From: Candidatus Rokuibacteriota bacterium
GTDB lineage: Bacteria; Methylomirabilota; Methylomirabilia; Rokubacteriales; CSP1-6
Direction of reading: 5' to 3'
Length of the DNA stretch: 64,000 nt
NCBI GenBank assembly: GCA_003220265.1
Contig: QHRW01000110.1
Location: 30,395-94,394 of the forward strand
The position numbers and the translations under genes are program-made. Shown one piece after another: positions 1-10,215 of the stretch. The notes beneath the pieces were generated by a model that saw nothing but the letters and a program-made list of their open reading frames with translations, ran no database searches and had not been told where the DNA came from. Position 1 is the first letter of the stretch. Each line of letters begins with the position of its first letter.

Positions 1-165
1 CCAGAGCGAGCGCACGTAGTAGGCGTCACGGCCGAACTCGACGAAGTTCGCGACGGTGAATCCCCCGGCCTCGTCGGTGAACGCGTCGTAGAAGATGCGC
101 AGCAGCGGATAGACGAGGAAGACCAGCAGGAAGAGCCAGATCGCGCCGTAGCCGAGGCGCCTCAC
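1..165 (-). CDS. ABC transporter permease, N-terminal part (gene runs off the window start)
   Basis: The minus-strand translation begins with a GTG that overlaps the ATPase stop (GTGA) and reads [29 protein letters not shown]..., a hydrophobic N-terminus typical of Fe3+/polyamine-type ABC permeases. It is co-directional with the upstream ATPase. Confidence 0.55.
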   Translation of the reverse strand, partial: MRRLGYGAIWLFLLVFLVYPLLRIFYDAFTDEAGGFTVANFVEFGRDAYYVRSLW

Positions 166-1223
166 TCGTCCGGCAGCGTGAGCGCGACGGAGGCCGGGAA
201 GCCGACGCGCACGGGCGCACCGACGGGGAGCGGCTGGTGATGCCAGGGATCGCCCACGTCCACCTTGAGGACCAGCCCGGCGGCCGTCTCCACGTCGTAG
301 CGCAGCGTGTTGCCGAGGTAGGACGCCAGCGTCACGCGGCCCGCGAAGACGTTGTCGCCGCCGCCGAGCGCCACGTTCTCCGGGCGCACGGCCAGCACGC
401 AGCGCGCGCCGGGCGCCACGCCGGCGGCCGGGCGCGCTCGCACGAGGCCGAGCGCGGTCTCCACCAGCGCGCGGTCCCCCGCGCGCTCCGTGCAGCGGCC
501 GGGGATGAAGTTGTTGGTCCCCACGAAGTCGGCCACGAACCGGTTGACCGGGCGCTCGTAGAGCGTTTTCGGCTCCGCCACCTGCTGGACGCGGCCGTCG
601 CGCATCACCGCCACGCGGTCGGAGAGCGAGAGCGCTTCCTCCTGATCGTGGGTGACGTAGATCGTCGTGATACCCAGAGACTGCTGAAGCTTGCGGATCT
701 CGGCCCGCACCTGGACGCGGATCTTGGCATCCAGGTTGGACAAGGGCTCGTCGAGCAGCAGGATGTCGGGATTGAGGACGAGCGCGCGGGCCAATGCCAC
801 CCGCTGCTGCTGGCCGCCCGAGAGCTGGCCGGGATAGCGATCCTCGAGACCGGTGAGATTGACCTGCGCCAACCCGCGCGCCAGGCGCTGCGCGATCTCG
901 GCGGCGGGCAGCTTGCGCAGGCGCAGGCCGTACGTGATGTTCGCGCGCACGGTCATGTGCGGCCACAGCGCGTAGTTCTGGAACACCATGCCGATGTTGC
1001 GCGCGTAGGACGGCAGCGTGTCCACCCGACGGGTGCCGAAGTGGATCTCGCCCGCGTCGGGCGGCCGGTAGAAGCCGGCGATCAGCCGCAGCAGCGTCGT
1101 CTTGCCGCAGCCCGACGGCCCCAGCAACGTGAACAGCTCGCCGTCGGCCACCTCCAGCGTGGTGTCGTCCACGGCGATGACGCCGCCGAAGCGCTTGACG
1201 ACGCCGCGCAGGACGATCTCCAC
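162..1223 (-). CDS. ABC transporter ATP-binding protein (PotA/FbpC/MalK-type with C-terminal TOBE-like domain)
   Basis: Walker [10 protein letters not shown], signature [15 protein letters not shown], Walker B ILLLDEP and H-loop VTHD are all present. The 353-aa length is consistent with an added C-terminal regulatory domain. Confidence 0.9.
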   Translation of the reverse strand: MEIVLRGVVKRFGGVIAVDDTTLEVADGELFTLLGPSGCGKTTLLRLIAGFYRPPDAGEIHFGTRRVDTLPSYARNIGMVFQNYALWPHMTVRANITYGLRLRKLPAAEIAQRLARGLAQVNLTGLEDRYPGQLSGGQQQRVALARALVLNPDILLLDEPLSNLDAKIRVQVRAEIRKLQQSLGITTIYVTHDQEEALSLSDRVAVMRDGRVQQVAEPKTLYERPVNRFVADFVGTNNFIPGRCTERAGDRALVETALGLVRARPAAGVAPGARCVLAVRPENVALGGGDNVFAGRVTLASYLGNTLRYDVETAAGLVLKVDVGDPWHHQPLPVGAPVRVGFPASVALTLPDE

Positions 1224-1224
1224 C

Positions 1225-2340
1225 CTAGTTCGGCTTCTTCCACACGGACTCGATGTCGGAGCGGAACCGGGTCTTGAGCGCCTCCGAGCGCCTGGCCGCC
1301 ACGCCCTCGTCGTAGATGTTGGCGATCTCGCCGTCGAAGTACGAGCGCACGCCGCCGGTGAACTGCACGGCCAGCTCGGCCGTGGAGCCGGGCGCGCCCT
1401 GCACCTTGTACTTCGGCGTGATCGGGAAGAGGCCGCGCTCCATGAAGACCTTCTGGCCGCGCTCGCTCAGCAGGAACTCGACGAAGGCCCGCGCGGCCCT
1501 GGGGCTGCGCGAGCCGGCCAGGATGGCCATCGGCTCCGGCGTGACGAAGGCGTTCTTCGGCGCCACGAACTTGATATCGAAGCCGGCCAGCTTCTCCTCG
1601 AAGGCCATGTAGGACGGCACCGCGAAGCCGGCGGCGTACTCGCCCTTGGCCACGACGGTCGGCACGTCACGGCTGCGCGCGGTGAAGTGACCGGTGTTGT
1701 CGGCCAGCTTCTTGAGCCACTGCCAGCCCTTGTCCTCGCCGTGCATCGACAGCATCACCTCGTACGTCGCGTTGGACGACGACGAGCGCGTGGGCGCGCA
1801 CTGGGCGACCTCGCCCCTGAGCTTGGGGTTGAGCAGGTCCTCCCAGTCCTTCGGCTCGGCGATCCCCAGCCGCTTGATCTTGACGGGGTGATAGACAAGC
1901 CCGTACGGCTCCAGCGCGGTGCCGATCCAGTAGCCGTCCTTGTCCTTGAGCGGGATGGGCTTGGGCTTGCCGATCGAGGCGGGGATCGAGTCCCAGACCT
2001 CCTTGCTGATCTCCACCTTCTGCAGGAGCTTCTGCTCGGCCAGCTTCTCGAACAGTGCGGATTCGCCGCCCCAGAAGATGTCGGCGTCCGGCTTGCCCTT
2101 CCACTCCACGATGCGGCCGTACGCGACCGGCGTGCCGGCCGGGATCGCGTTGGTCTTCACCGTGACGTTCCACTTCTCCTTCGCGTACTCCGCGAACGCC
2201 TTCAGCGCGGCGTCGTGGATGAACTTCGACACCGGCGTGATCAGCGTCAGCTCGCTCTCGATCGGCGCCTGGGCCAGCGCGCCCCCGGCCAGGGCGGCGA
2301 GGAGCGCCGGGAACAGCGCGACGGCGACGAGTCGTCTCAT
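1225..2340 (-). CDS. ABC transporter periplasmic substrate-binding protein (Fe3+/polyamine/phosphonate-type SBP family)
   Basis: The internal Met of the track ORF gives [23 protein letters not shown], a signal peptide. The fold resembles family-1 solute-binding proteins. Its ATG overlaps the glpK stop (ATGA). Confidence 0.8.
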   Translation of the reverse strand: MRRLVAVALFPALLAALAGGALAQAPIESELTLITPVSKFIHDAALKAFAEYAKEKWNVTVKTNAIPAGTPVAYGRIVEWKGKPDADIFWGGESALFEKLAEQKLLQKVEISKEVWDSIPASIGKPKPIPLKDKDGYWIGTALEPYGLVYHPVKIKRLGIAEPKDWEDLLNPKLRGEVAQCAPTRSSSSNATYEVMLSMHGEDKGWQWLKKLADNTGHFTARSRDVPTVVAKGEYAAGFAVPSYMAFEEKLAGFDIKFVAPKNAFVTPEPMAILAGSRSPRAARAFVEFLLSERGQKVFMERGLFPITPKYKVQGAPGSTAELAVQFTGGVRSYFDGEIANIYDEGVAARRSEALKTRFRSDIESVWKKPN

Positions 2341-3848
2341 GCGGAGGTCTCCTTTTCGGGGGGTTCCCAGCGGCGGGCCCGCTCGACCGCGCGGCGCCAG
2401 CTCTCGTAGCCGCGGGCACGCCGGGTCGGGTCCATCGTGGGCGTGAAGGTGCGCTCGACGGGATGGCGCGCGGCCAGCGCGTCGAGGGAGCGCCACACGC
2501 CGCTGCCCAGGCCCGCGAGATAGGCTGCGCCGAGGGCGGTCGTCTCGATCACCTTCGGGCGCATGACGGCGGTGTCGAGCACGTCGGCCTGGAACTGACA
2601 GAGGAAGTCGTTGGCGACGGCGCCGCCGTCAACCTTGAGCGCCGGCAGCCGCAGCTTGGCGTCGGCCGCCATGGCTTCCAGCACGTCGCGGCTCTGCCAG
2701 GCGATGGCCTCGAGCGTGGCCCGCACGAGGTGCGCGCGCGTGGTCCCGCGCGTGACGCCGACGATCGTGCCACGCGCGTAGGGGTCCCAGTACGGCGCGC
2801 CGAGCCCGACGAACGCGGGCACGAAGTAGACGCCGCCCGTGTCGTCCACCGACTCCGCCAGCGCCTGGGTCTCCGCGGCCTGGCGCACGAGGCCGAGCCC
2901 GTCGCGGAGCCACTGCACGGCGGCGCCGGCGATGAACACGCTGCCCTCGAGCGCGTACGTCGTGCGGCCGCCGATGCGCCAGGCCAGCGTCGTCAGCAGG
3001 CCGTGGCCGGAGACGACGGGGGTCGCGCCGGTGTTGAGCAGCGCGAAGCAGCCGGTGCCGTACGTGTTCTTGGCGCTGCCGGCCTCGTAGCACGCCTGCC
3101 CGAAGAGCGCGGCCTGCTGGTCGCCCGCGATGCCGGCGATCGGCACGCCGGCCGGCAGCCAGCCGACGTCGCTCGTCTCCGCGCAGACGCCGGACGAGTC
3201 GACGATCGCCGGCAGCACCTCGTACGGCACGTCGAGCAGCGCCAGCATCTCCGCGTCCCAGTCCACGGACTTCAGATCCAGGCAGAGCGTGCGCGAGGCG
3301 TTGGTGACGTCGGTGGCGTGCACGCGGCCGCCCGTGAGCTTCCAGACGAGCCAGGTGTCGACGGTGCCGAAGGCCAGCTCGCCGCGGGCGGCGCGCGCCC
3401 GCGCGCCGGGCACGTGATCGAGCAGCCAGCGGATCTTGGTGCCGGAGAAGTAGGCGTCGAGCACGAGGCCGGTGCGCGCCCGCACGAGCGGCTCGGCGCC
3501 GCGCGCCCGCAGCTCGTCGCAGTGCGCGGCGGTGCGCCGGCACTGCCAGACGATCGCGCGCTGGATCGGCGCGCCGCTGGCGCGGTCCCACACGAGCGTC
3601 GTCTCACGCTGGTTCGTGATGCCCACGGCGGCGATCTCGGTCGGCGCGACGCCGGCCGAGGCGAGCGCCTGCGAGGCGGCGCGTCCCATCGTGAGCCAGA
3701 TCTCCTCGGGATCGTGCTCGACCCAGCCCGGCTGCGGATAGTGCTGCGTCAGCTCGGCATAGCCGCGCGCGCGGACGGCGCCCTCGGCGTCCACCACGAG
3801 CGCGGTCGAGCCGGACGTGCCCTGGTCGAGGGCGAGGACATACCTCAC
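2337..3848 (-). CDS. glpK: glycerol kinase
   Basis: The FGGY kinase motifs [17 protein letters not shown] and [11 protein letters not shown] are present. Strong overall similarity to GlpK. The GTG start ([10 protein letters not shown]) overlaps the upstream stop (GTGA). Confidence 0.9.
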   Translation of the reverse strand: MRYVLALDQGTSGSTALVVDAEGAVRARGYAELTQHYPQPGWVEHDPEEIWLTMGRAASQALASAGVAPTEIAAVGITNQRETTLVWDRASGAPIQRAIVWQCRRTAAHCDELRARGAEPLVRARTGLVLDAYFSGTKIRWLLDHVPGARARAARGELAFGTVDTWLVWKLTGGRVHATDVTNASRTLCLDLKSVDWDAEMLALLDVPYEVLPAIVDSSGVCAETSDVGWLPAGVPIAGIAGDQQAALFGQACYEAGSAKNTYGTGCFALLNTGATPVVSGHGLLTTLAWRIGGRTTYALEGSVFIAGAAVQWLRDGLGLVRQAAETQALAESVDDTGGVYFVPAFVGLGAPYWDPYARGTIVGVTRGTTRAHLVRATLEAIAWQSRDVLEAMAADAKLRLPALKVDGGAVANDFLCQFQADVLDTAVMRPKVIETTALGAAYLAGLGSGVWRSLDALAARHPVERTFTPTMDPTRRARGYESWRRAVERARRWEPPEKETSA

Positions 3849-4750
3849 GGAGTTCGCGGCGGCCGGCCGGCCAGCCGCAGCGCGAGGTCGGGCCGATCCG
3901 AGATGACGACGTCCACCCCGAGCTCGACGAGGCGCTTGATGTCCGCCTCCCCGTTGGCCGTCCACGCGGCCACCTGGAGTCCGGCGCCGCGGGCGGCGGC
4001 CAGCAGCGCGGCGTCCACGACGGGATGCTCGACGCCGAGATGCGTCGCGCCGGCGTCGCGCGCCCACGCCACCAGGTCGCCCGCGACCGCCCGCTCGCGG
4101 CTCACCCGCGTCTTGCTCACCAGCAGCGCCATGCGGATCTTCGGATCGAGCGCGCGCACACGCTTGAGCGTCGGCGCCTCGAAGGCCATCACGATGACCC
4201 GATCACGCAGGCCGCGCGCCTCCACCAGCGCCAGCGCCTTGCGCTCGATGTCCGGGTACGCCTTCCTCGCGGTGTCCACCTTGATCTCCAGCAGGAGCTG
4301 GGCGGTGGACGGCGCGAGGGTGTCGAGCACCTGGGCCAGCGTGGGCACGACGTCGTCGGTGACACGGCCGTCGCGCGCCTTCAGCCGCGCGGCGGCGAGA
4401 TCCGCGCGGCGCGCCGCCGAGATCGCTCCGTGCCCCGTCGTCGTGCGCTCGAGCGTGGGGTCGTGGATCACCACGACCTCGCCGTCGGCCGTGAGGTGCG
4501 TGTCGAGCTCGAGGTAGTCGGCGCCGAGCGCCAGCGCGTTGCGGAACGCCGTCAGCCCATTCTCGGCCCACAGCTGCGCGCCTCCGCGGTGCGCGGCGAC
4601 CCGGACGTCCGGGCCCGCGGCGCTCATGCCAACCACCGCAAGAAGGGCGCAGACGAGCGCTCCCGCCAGACGAACCAGCCGGCCACGGCTCGCGCCATAG
4701 AGCTTGGCCCGGTAGCTTACAGCGTCGTGGGCGCGGATCGCATGCGGCAT
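3845..4750 (-). CDS. glpQ: glycerophosphodiester phosphodiesterase, secreted (GlpQ-like)
   Basis: The GDPD motifs HRGG and E(L)D(T)H are present. A signal peptide lies after MPHAIRAHD.... The start overlaps the upstream stop (TGATG). Confidence 0.85.
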   Translation of the reverse strand: MPHAIRAHDAVSYRAKLYGASRGRLVRLAGALVCALLAVVGMSAAGPDVRVAAHRGGAQLWAENGLTAFRNALALGADYLELDTHLTADGEVVVIHDPTLERTTTGHGAISAARRADLAAARLKARDGRVTDDVVPTLAQVLDTLAPSTAQLLLEIKVDTARKAYPDIERKALALVEARGLRDRVIVMAFEAPTLKRVRALDPKIRMALLVSKTRVSRERAVAGDLVAWARDAGATHLGVEHPVVDAALLAAARGAGLQVAAWTANGEADIKRLVELGVDVVISDRPDLALRLAGRPPRTP

Positions 4751-5343
4751 CACGGGTCGCGCCCATAGCGCTCGGCCCACGCACGCTGCACGTTCCGGAT
4801 GATGGCCGGATAGACGAAGAGGCGCCGGAACGGCGCGATGGCCATCATGTACAACCCGGTGCCACGGTGCACGGGCCGCACGTAGACCGCCAGGTAGACC
4901 AGGTACCCGCCCGGCGTCGGCCGCATCGAGAGCGACGAGAAGGCATGCACCGTCCCGTTACGGCGCTCGCTCAGCTGCTCGTCCTCGAACCGGTAGAGGA
5001 GGCTGAGCCGTCCGTCGGGTGTCCCCGGCACGGCCAGTGACCGGGCACGGTCGGCGGCGCTGAGACGATCCGCGTACGATTCTGTTTTCCACTCCGGGCG
5101 TTCGCGATCCCACCCGAGCCAGGCTCCAATCAGGCCGCGCACGCGGAACAGTGCCTTGATCAGCGGGGGCGCCGCTCCGACCCCCGCAACGAATGCGGCC
5201 CGCACGTCCTGGATCGTGCGGCCGGCGCCGCCGCCACGGAGGCGGATCGCCCACACGTCCTCCAACGGCACGTCGTGCAGCACGGCGTGCACGCGAAGCG
5301 AACGCTCGCGAAATTCACGGGGATCGATGCGCGCTCGACTCAT
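4750..5343 (-). CDS. conserved hypothetical protein (197 aa)
   Basis: The sequence is in frame with the C-terminal part of track ORF 4750..6099 and starts MSRARIDPREF. Its ATG overlaps the GDPD stop (ATGA). The Arg-rich N-terminal extension in the track is a wrong-frame artefact. Confidence 0.55.
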   Translation of the reverse strand: MSRARIDPREFRERSLRVHAVLHDVPLEDVWAIRLRGGGAGRTIQDVRAAFVAGVGAAPPLIKALFRVRGLIGAWLGWDRERPEWKTESYADRLSAADRARSLAVPGTPDGRLSLLYRFEDEQLSERRNGTVHAFSSLSMRPTPGGYLVYLAVYVRPVHRGTGLYMMAIAPFRRLFVYPAIIRNVQRAWAERYGRDP

Positions 5344-6140
5344 GCTTCCGCCTGCAGGCGCGCCACGAGGTCCGCGCGGTCGCTGATGATGACGTCCACG
5401 CCCCAGCCGGCCAGGCGGCGCATCGTGGCCTCGTCGTTCACGGTGAAGACGCCGAGCGCGATCCCGGCGGCGTGGGCCGCCTCGGCGACAGCCGCGTCGC
5501 AGAGCGTGTAGTGCACACCGAGGAAGTTGGCGCCGGCCTCGCGCGCCCAGGTCACCGTCTCGACCGCCGGCGCGCCGGCCTCCTCGACGTGGTGACGGTC
5601 CACCAGCAGCGCCAGCGGCTGCTTGGGCGACAGCGCGCGCACTTCGGCCAGCACGGCCGGGTTGAACGCGAGGAGGAACGTGCGCTCGGCGATGCCCGCC
5701 TCGCGAAGAAGCTCGAGGATCTTGCGCTCCAGGCCCTCGTAGCGGGCGCCGGGCACGGGCACGAACCGGTCGCCGCGGCGTTCGTAACGCACCGCCGGAC
5801 CCGGCGTCTTTATCTCGACGAGGAGCGCGAGGACCGCCGGCGCCGCCAGCGCCAGCACCTCGCCCAGCGTGGGCACGCAGTCCTCCGTCAGCGCACCGCC
5901 GGGACCACGGAGGCGCGCGCGCCGGAGATCGGCGAGCGTGCAGCGGGCGAGCGGCCCCGTGCCGCTGCTGGTGCGATCCAGCGTGGGATCGTGCATGACG
6001 GCCACCTCGCCGTCGGCCGTGAGGTGGACGTCGCACTCGAGGATCTGGGCGCCGCCGGCGATGGCGTTGCGGAACGCGGTGAGGCTGTTCTCCGGCCATT
6101 GCGCGGCGCCGCCGCGGTGGGCGACGTAGCGGCTGGGCAC
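5340..6140 (-). CDS. ugpQ: glycerophosphodiester phosphodiesterase, cytoplasmic (UgpQ-like)
   Basis: A GDPD domain is present ([21 protein letters not shown]). There is no signal peptide. The GTG start lies 2 nt after the ugpE stop. Confidence 0.8.
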   Translation of the reverse strand: MPSRYVAHRGGAAQWPENSLTAFRNAIAGGAQILECDVHLTADGEVAVMHDPTLDRTSSGTGPLARCTLADLRRARLRGPGGALTEDCVPTLGEVLALAAPAVLALLVEIKTPGPAVRYERRGDRFVPVPGARYEGLERKILELLREAGIAERTFLLAFNPAVLAEVRALSPKQPLALLVDRHHVEEAGAPAVETVTWAREAGANFLGVHYTLCDAAVAEAAHAAGIALGVFTVNDEATMRRLAGWGVDVIISDRADLVARLQAEA

Positions 6141-6142
6141 GC

Positions 6143-7075
6143 TTACTTCTCGCTCTCGATGAGCCCCTTCACGAACCAGCGCTGCATGAACAGGATCACG
6201 GCCACCGGCGGCACCAGCGCCATCATGGCGCCGGCCATGATGAGGTTCCACGTGGGCAGCTCGGTCCCCGAGCGCGGGATGAGGCGCTCGAGCCCGATCA
6301 CGACCGTGCGCATCTCCTCCGTGTTGGTGATCAGCAGCGGCCAGAAGTACTCGTTCCAGCCGTAGATGAAGAGGACGACGAAGAGCGCGGCGATGTTGGC
6401 CCAGGACAGCGGCAGCAGGAACGACCACAGGAAGCGCAGCGGGCCGGCGCCGTCCATCTGGGCCGCCTCGGCCAGCTCGTTGGGAACCGTCATGTAGAAC
6501 TGGCGAAACAGGAAGGTGGCGGTGGCCGAGGCCATCAGCGGCACCGTGAGCCCGGCGTAGGTGTCGAGCCAGCCGATGTTGCCGACGACCTCGTAGGTCG
6601 GCAGGATGCGCACCGGGATCGGCAGCATCAGCGTGAGGAAGATCAGCCAGAAGACGACGGAGGCGCCGCGGAAGCGGAAGTAGACGATCGCGAACGCCGA
6701 CAGCATCGAGATGGCGATCTTGCCGACAGCCACGCCGACGGCGACGACCGCGGAGTTCAGCAGCAGCCGCGCCATTCCCGAGCGCCGCCACGCCTCCACG
6801 TAATTCTCCAGCGCGTACGCGGAGGGCAGCAGCCGGGGCGGCTTCTGGATCACCTCGTCGAGGGCCTGGGTGGAGATCACGAAGGCGTAGTAGAGCGGGA
6901 ACGCCACCAGCGCCACCGCCACGATGAGCGCGGCGTGGACGAGGATCGTGTTCCAGTCCACGCGCCGGCGCGGGCGCTCCGTCTCGGCTTGGAGCACGGT
7001 CACCGTCGGCCGCGGCCGCACGGCGACGGCGCCGCCGTCGATGACCGTCGTGGTCGTCGTGCGCGCGTCGCTCAA
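6143..7075 (-). CDS. ugpE: sn-glycerol-3-phosphate ABC transporter permease UgpE
   Basis: The protein aligns to E. coli UgpE along its whole length (WNTILVHAALIV...FPLYYAFV... ending FVKGLIESEK). The start is uncertain: a TTG overlaps the ugpA stop, and GTG alternatives exist near 7000-7024. Confidence 0.8.
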   Translation of the reverse strand: MSDARTTTTTVIDGGAVAVRPRPTVTVLQAETERPRRRVDWNTILVHAALIVAVALVAFPLYYAFVISTQALDEVIQKPPRLLPSAYALENYVEAWRRSGMARLLLNSAVVAVGVAVGKIAISMLSAFAIVYFRFRGASVVFWLIFLTLMLPIPVRILPTYEVVGNIGWLDTYAGLTVPLMASATATFLFRQFYMTVPNELAEAAQMDGAGPLRFLWSFLLPLSWANIAALFVVLFIYGWNEYFWPLLITNTEEMRTVVIGLERLIPRSGTELPTWNLIMAGAMMALVPPVAVILFMQRWFVKGLIESEK

Positions 7076-7953
7076 TACGTGACCCTCTTCTCGGCGACGC
7101 GGAACTGCAGCATGGTGAGCCCGATCACCACCGCCATCAGGATCACCGACTGGGCGGCCGAGGACCCCAGGTTGAGGCCGATGAAGCCGTCCTTCCACAG
7201 CTTGAACACCATGATCTCGGTGGCGTTGCCGGGGCCGCCGTGGGTGACGGCGTGGATCACGCCGAACGACGAGAAGAACGCGAAGACCATGTTGACCACG
7301 ACCAGGTAGAACGTCACCGGCGAGATCAGCGGCACCGTGATGGCCGTGAACTTCTTGAGCGGCGGGGCGCCGTCGACGCTGGCCGCCTCCATCACGGAGG
7401 CCGGGATGGCCTGCAGGCCGGCCAGGAAGAAGGCGATGTTGTACCCCAGGTGCGTCCACGAGGTGGCCAGGATGACCAGCGTCATGGCCACCCAGCCCTT
7501 GAGCAGCCAGTTGAACTCGTAGGCCGTCACGAACGACAGGAAGTACGGCAGGATCCCGTAAGCCGGGTGGAAGATGAACAGGAAGATGATGCCGGCCACC
7601 GCCGGCGCGATGCCGTACGGCCACAGCAGCGCGGTGCGGTAGAAGGCGAGGCCGCGGATCTTCTGGTTGGCCAGCACTGCGATCACCAGCCCGCCGACCA
7701 CGCTGAGCCCGGTGACGCCGAGCGCGAAGACGAAGGAGTTCAGCACGCTCTCGTAGTACTCGCGATCGCGCAGGAGCGCCGTGAAGTTGTCGAGCCCCAC
7801 GAACACGTCGCGGCCGCCGAAGGGCGGCGACTTGAAGACCGACAGGTAGAGGGACTTCGCGGCCGGCCAGAAGAAGAAGACGATCGTCACCGCCAGCTGC
7901 GGCAGCACCAGCAGGTAGGGCAGCCACCGATTCGGGAAGACCGTCCGCTTCAA
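7072..7953 (-). CDS. ugpA: sn-glycerol-3-phosphate ABC transporter permease UgpA
   Basis: MalF/UgpA-type permease with the EAA motif region. TTG start with a GGAGGG ribosome-binding site about 8 nt upstream. Confidence 0.85.
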   Translation of the reverse strand: MKRTVFPNRWLPYLLVLPQLAVTIVFFFWPAAKSLYLSVFKSPPFGGRDVFVGLDNFTALLRDREYYESVLNSFVFALGVTGLSVVGGLVIAVLANQKIRGLAFYRTALLWPYGIAPAVAGIIFLFIFHPAYGILPYFLSFVTAYEFNWLLKGWVAMTLVILATSWTHLGYNIAFFLAGLQAIPASVMEAASVDGAPPLKKFTAITVPLISPVTFYLVVVNMVFAFFSSFGVIHAVTHGGPGNATEIMVFKLWKDGFIGLNLGSSAAQSVILMAVVIGLTMLQFRVAEKRVTY

Positions 7954-7975
7954 GCGAAGCCCTCCGGCCGGCGGC

Positions 7976-9346
7976 CTACTGCTTGTAGGTCGCCGCGAAC
8001 TCCTTCAGCAGCGCGTTCGATTTCGCCACGGCGTCGTCGAGCCCCTGCTTCACGGGCTTCTTGCCGTTGAAGACGTTCTCCAGCTCGCTCTCGATGACGT
8101 CGCGGATCTGGACGAAGTTGCCCAGCCGCAGCCCCGAGCTGTTCGGCGTGGCCACTCGCTCGGGCTTGGGCGGCGCCGCCTTCTTCGCGTCCTTCAGCGC
8201 CGCCGGCGCCGTGGGCGGCAGGCCGGTGAGCTGGGCGAACGCGGTGTACTGCTTGGGGTTCTTCACGAAGTGGTAGCCCTGCTCGAGGTTGCGCACGGCG
8301 GTGTTGGAGATCGCCAGGTAGCCCGTGTTGACGTGCCACCACATCTGCTGCTCGGGCTTGGCCAGGTACTCCAGGAACTTCGCGGCGCCGCGGTACTCCG
8401 CCTGCGGCTTGCCCTTGAGCACCCACAGCGTGGCGCCGCCGATGATCGAGGTGGCCTTCGGGTAACGGCCGCCCCAGTGCGGCAGCTCGCCCGTGCCCCA
8501 GTCGAACTTGATCGACTTGCTGAAGCCGGAGATGAGCGCGGAGGACTGGATGTACATCGCGCAGTCGCCGTTGACGAACTTGGGGTCCGCCGTGCCCTGG
8601 CGTCCGCCGTAGGAGTAGACGTTGTCCTTCTGCCAGCCGTTGAGGGCGCCGACGTGCTTGAGGCCGAACTCGCGGTTGATCAGCAGCTCCACGCCCTCGA
8701 CCGCGTCGAAGCCGTTGTGCTTGCTGGCAAACGGCTGGTCGTGCGTGGCGTGCATGTTCTCGACCATCGTCCACGACGGCCAGCCCGTCGAGAAGCCGCA
8801 CTTGGCGCCACCCGCCGCGATGATCTTCTTCGCGTAGGCCTCCACCTCTGGCCAGGTCCGGGGCGGCTTCTCGGGATCGAGCCCGGCCTTCTTGAAGGCG
8901 TCCTTGTTGTAGTAGAAGATCGGCGTCGACGAGTTGTACGGCATCGAGTAGAGCTTGCCGTCCTTCGTGTAGTAGCCGACCACGGGCTTGATGAAGTCGT
9001 TCCAGTCGATCTTGATCTCGTTGTGCTGCATCAGCTCGTACACGGGATAGACCGCGCCCGACAGCATCATCGTCTGCGTGCCGACCTCGAACACCTGCAC
9101 CAGGTGCGGCGGGTTCTTCTGCCGGTAGGCCGCGATGGCGGCGGTGAGCGTCTCCGGGTAGGTGCCCTTGCGGAGCGGCTTCACCTCGTACTCGCCCTGG
9201 CTCTCGTTGAACTGCTTCACCTGCGTCTCCAGCGCGTCGCCCAGCGCGCCCGTCATGGCGTGCCAGAAGTGGATCTCCGTCCTGGCGAGCGCGGCGCCGG
9301 GCCACGCAAGGACGAGCGCGGCGCAGAGCGACATGAACACCTTCAT
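7976..9346 (-). CDS. ugpB: sn-glycerol-3-phosphate ABC transporter substrate-binding protein UgpB
   Basis: Signal peptide MKVFMSLCAALVLAWPGAALA. Family-1 SBP with strong UgpB similarity. An AGGAGGA ribosome-binding site lies upstream. Confidence 0.9.
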   Translation of the reverse strand: MKVFMSLCAALVLAWPGAALARTEIHFWHAMTGALGDALETQVKQFNESQGEYEVKPLRKGTYPETLTAAIAAYRQKNPPHLVQVFEVGTQTMMLSGAVYPVYELMQHNEIKIDWNDFIKPVVGYYTKDGKLYSMPYNSSTPIFYYNKDAFKKAGLDPEKPPRTWPEVEAYAKKIIAAGGAKCGFSTGWPSWTMVENMHATHDQPFASKHNGFDAVEGVELLINREFGLKHVGALNGWQKDNVYSYGGRQGTADPKFVNGDCAMYIQSSALISGFSKSIKFDWGTGELPHWGGRYPKATSIIGGATLWVLKGKPQAEYRGAAKFLEYLAKPEQQMWWHVNTGYLAISNTAVRNLEQGYHFVKNPKQYTAFAQLTGLPPTAPAALKDAKKAAPPKPERVATPNSSGLRLGNFVQIRDVIESELENVFNGKKPVKQGLDDAVAKSNALLKEFAATYKQ

Positions 9347-9423
9347 CGGTGTCCTCCTGGTGTCGAGGAACGCAGTCGGGGCGATTCGAGCGGGACTATA
9401 ACACAGGGCTCGCGACGGCCCGG

Positions 9424-10215
9424 TTACGGGCGCGGCGTGGCGACGATCCAGTCGGCGATGGCTTTCACGACGGCGGCGTCGAGGCCGAGATAGCCGTGGG
9501 CCGCGCGCGCCTCGCAGGGCTTGGACTGCGCCGGGGCGCCGCCCTCGAAGGTCAGCAGCTCGCGCCGCGGCGTCCTGGAGAGGTCGCGCAGGAGGCCGGG
9601 GACGTCGGCGTACGGCGTGAACGGGCACGCGTCCTCGCGATGGTGGACGACGAGCGTCGGCACCCGGATGTCGCCGAGCCGAACGTCGCCCACCGACTCG
9701 CCCTCGCCCCGGTTCCAGCGGGTGATCGTGGAGGTCAGCACGACGCCGTCCGGGCCGCTCTCCCCTCGCAGGCGCGCGGCGGCGCTCGCGGCGGACACCG
9801 TGCCCATGCTGGTCCCGATGAGCCACACCGGGGCCGGCGCCGCCTGCCGCAGCGTCGCGATGAGGGCCCCGATGTCCGCCGCGTGCTCGGCGCTGGCGCG
9901 GAAGCGGCTGAGCCCGTCCGCGTGATCGGACGGCGCGTCGGGCACCGCCACCATGAAGCCGTGCTCGGCAAAGCGCCCGCGGTTGCGCACCAGGAAGTTG
10001 CCGCCGAGGCCGGCCAGCCGGCCGGAAGCCAGGTCGAGGGCGCCGTTGCCGCCGGAGAAGAGGATCACCGTGGCCACCGGTGTCTCGGTGCGGCGCAGGA
10101 GCAGGTACGACTGCGTCACGCCGGTCCGCGTGGGGATCGTCTTGATCTCCTCGGCGGCGGGCACGCCGGCGCCGAGGAGGAGCAGCGCCAGGGCGGGCAG
10201 GAGCCGGCGGCTCAC
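9424..10215 (-). CDS. secreted alpha/beta hydrolase (dienelactone-hydrolase-like esterase)
   Basis: GTG start overlapping the glpD stop (GTGA). Signal-like N-terminus SRRLLPALALLLLGAGVPAAEE. A GTSMG nucleophile-elbow motif is present. Confidence 0.7.
   Translation of the reverse strand: MSRRLLPALALLLLGAGVPAAEEIKTIPTRTGVTQSYLLLRRTETPVATVILFSGGNGALDLASGRLAGLGGNFLVRNRGRFAEHGFMVAVPDAPSDHADGLSRFRASAEHAADIGALIATLRQAAPAPVWLIGTSMGTVSAASAAARLRGESGPDGVVLTSTITRWNRGEGESVGDVRLGDIRVPTLVVHHREDACPFTPYADVPGLLRDLSRTPRRELLTFEGGAPAQSKPCEARAAHGYLGLDAAVVKAIADWIVATPRP

Noticed and set aside
237-4517. Long plus-strand ORFs (237..1277, 1102..2409, 2463..4517) rich in Arg/Ala/Gly
   Set aside because: They lie antisense or out of frame to the well-supported ABC ATPase, SBP and glpK genes. 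Their low-complexity Arg/Pro/Ala composition is typical of spurious ORFs in roughly 70% GC DNA.
4750-6791. N-terminal Arg-rich extensions of track ORFs 4750..6099 and 5340..6791
   Set aside because: Only the C-terminal parts (197 aa and 266 aa) look like real proteins and start at overlapping ATGA/GTG codons. The upstream portions run through the neighbouring GDPD and ugpE genes in the wrong frame.
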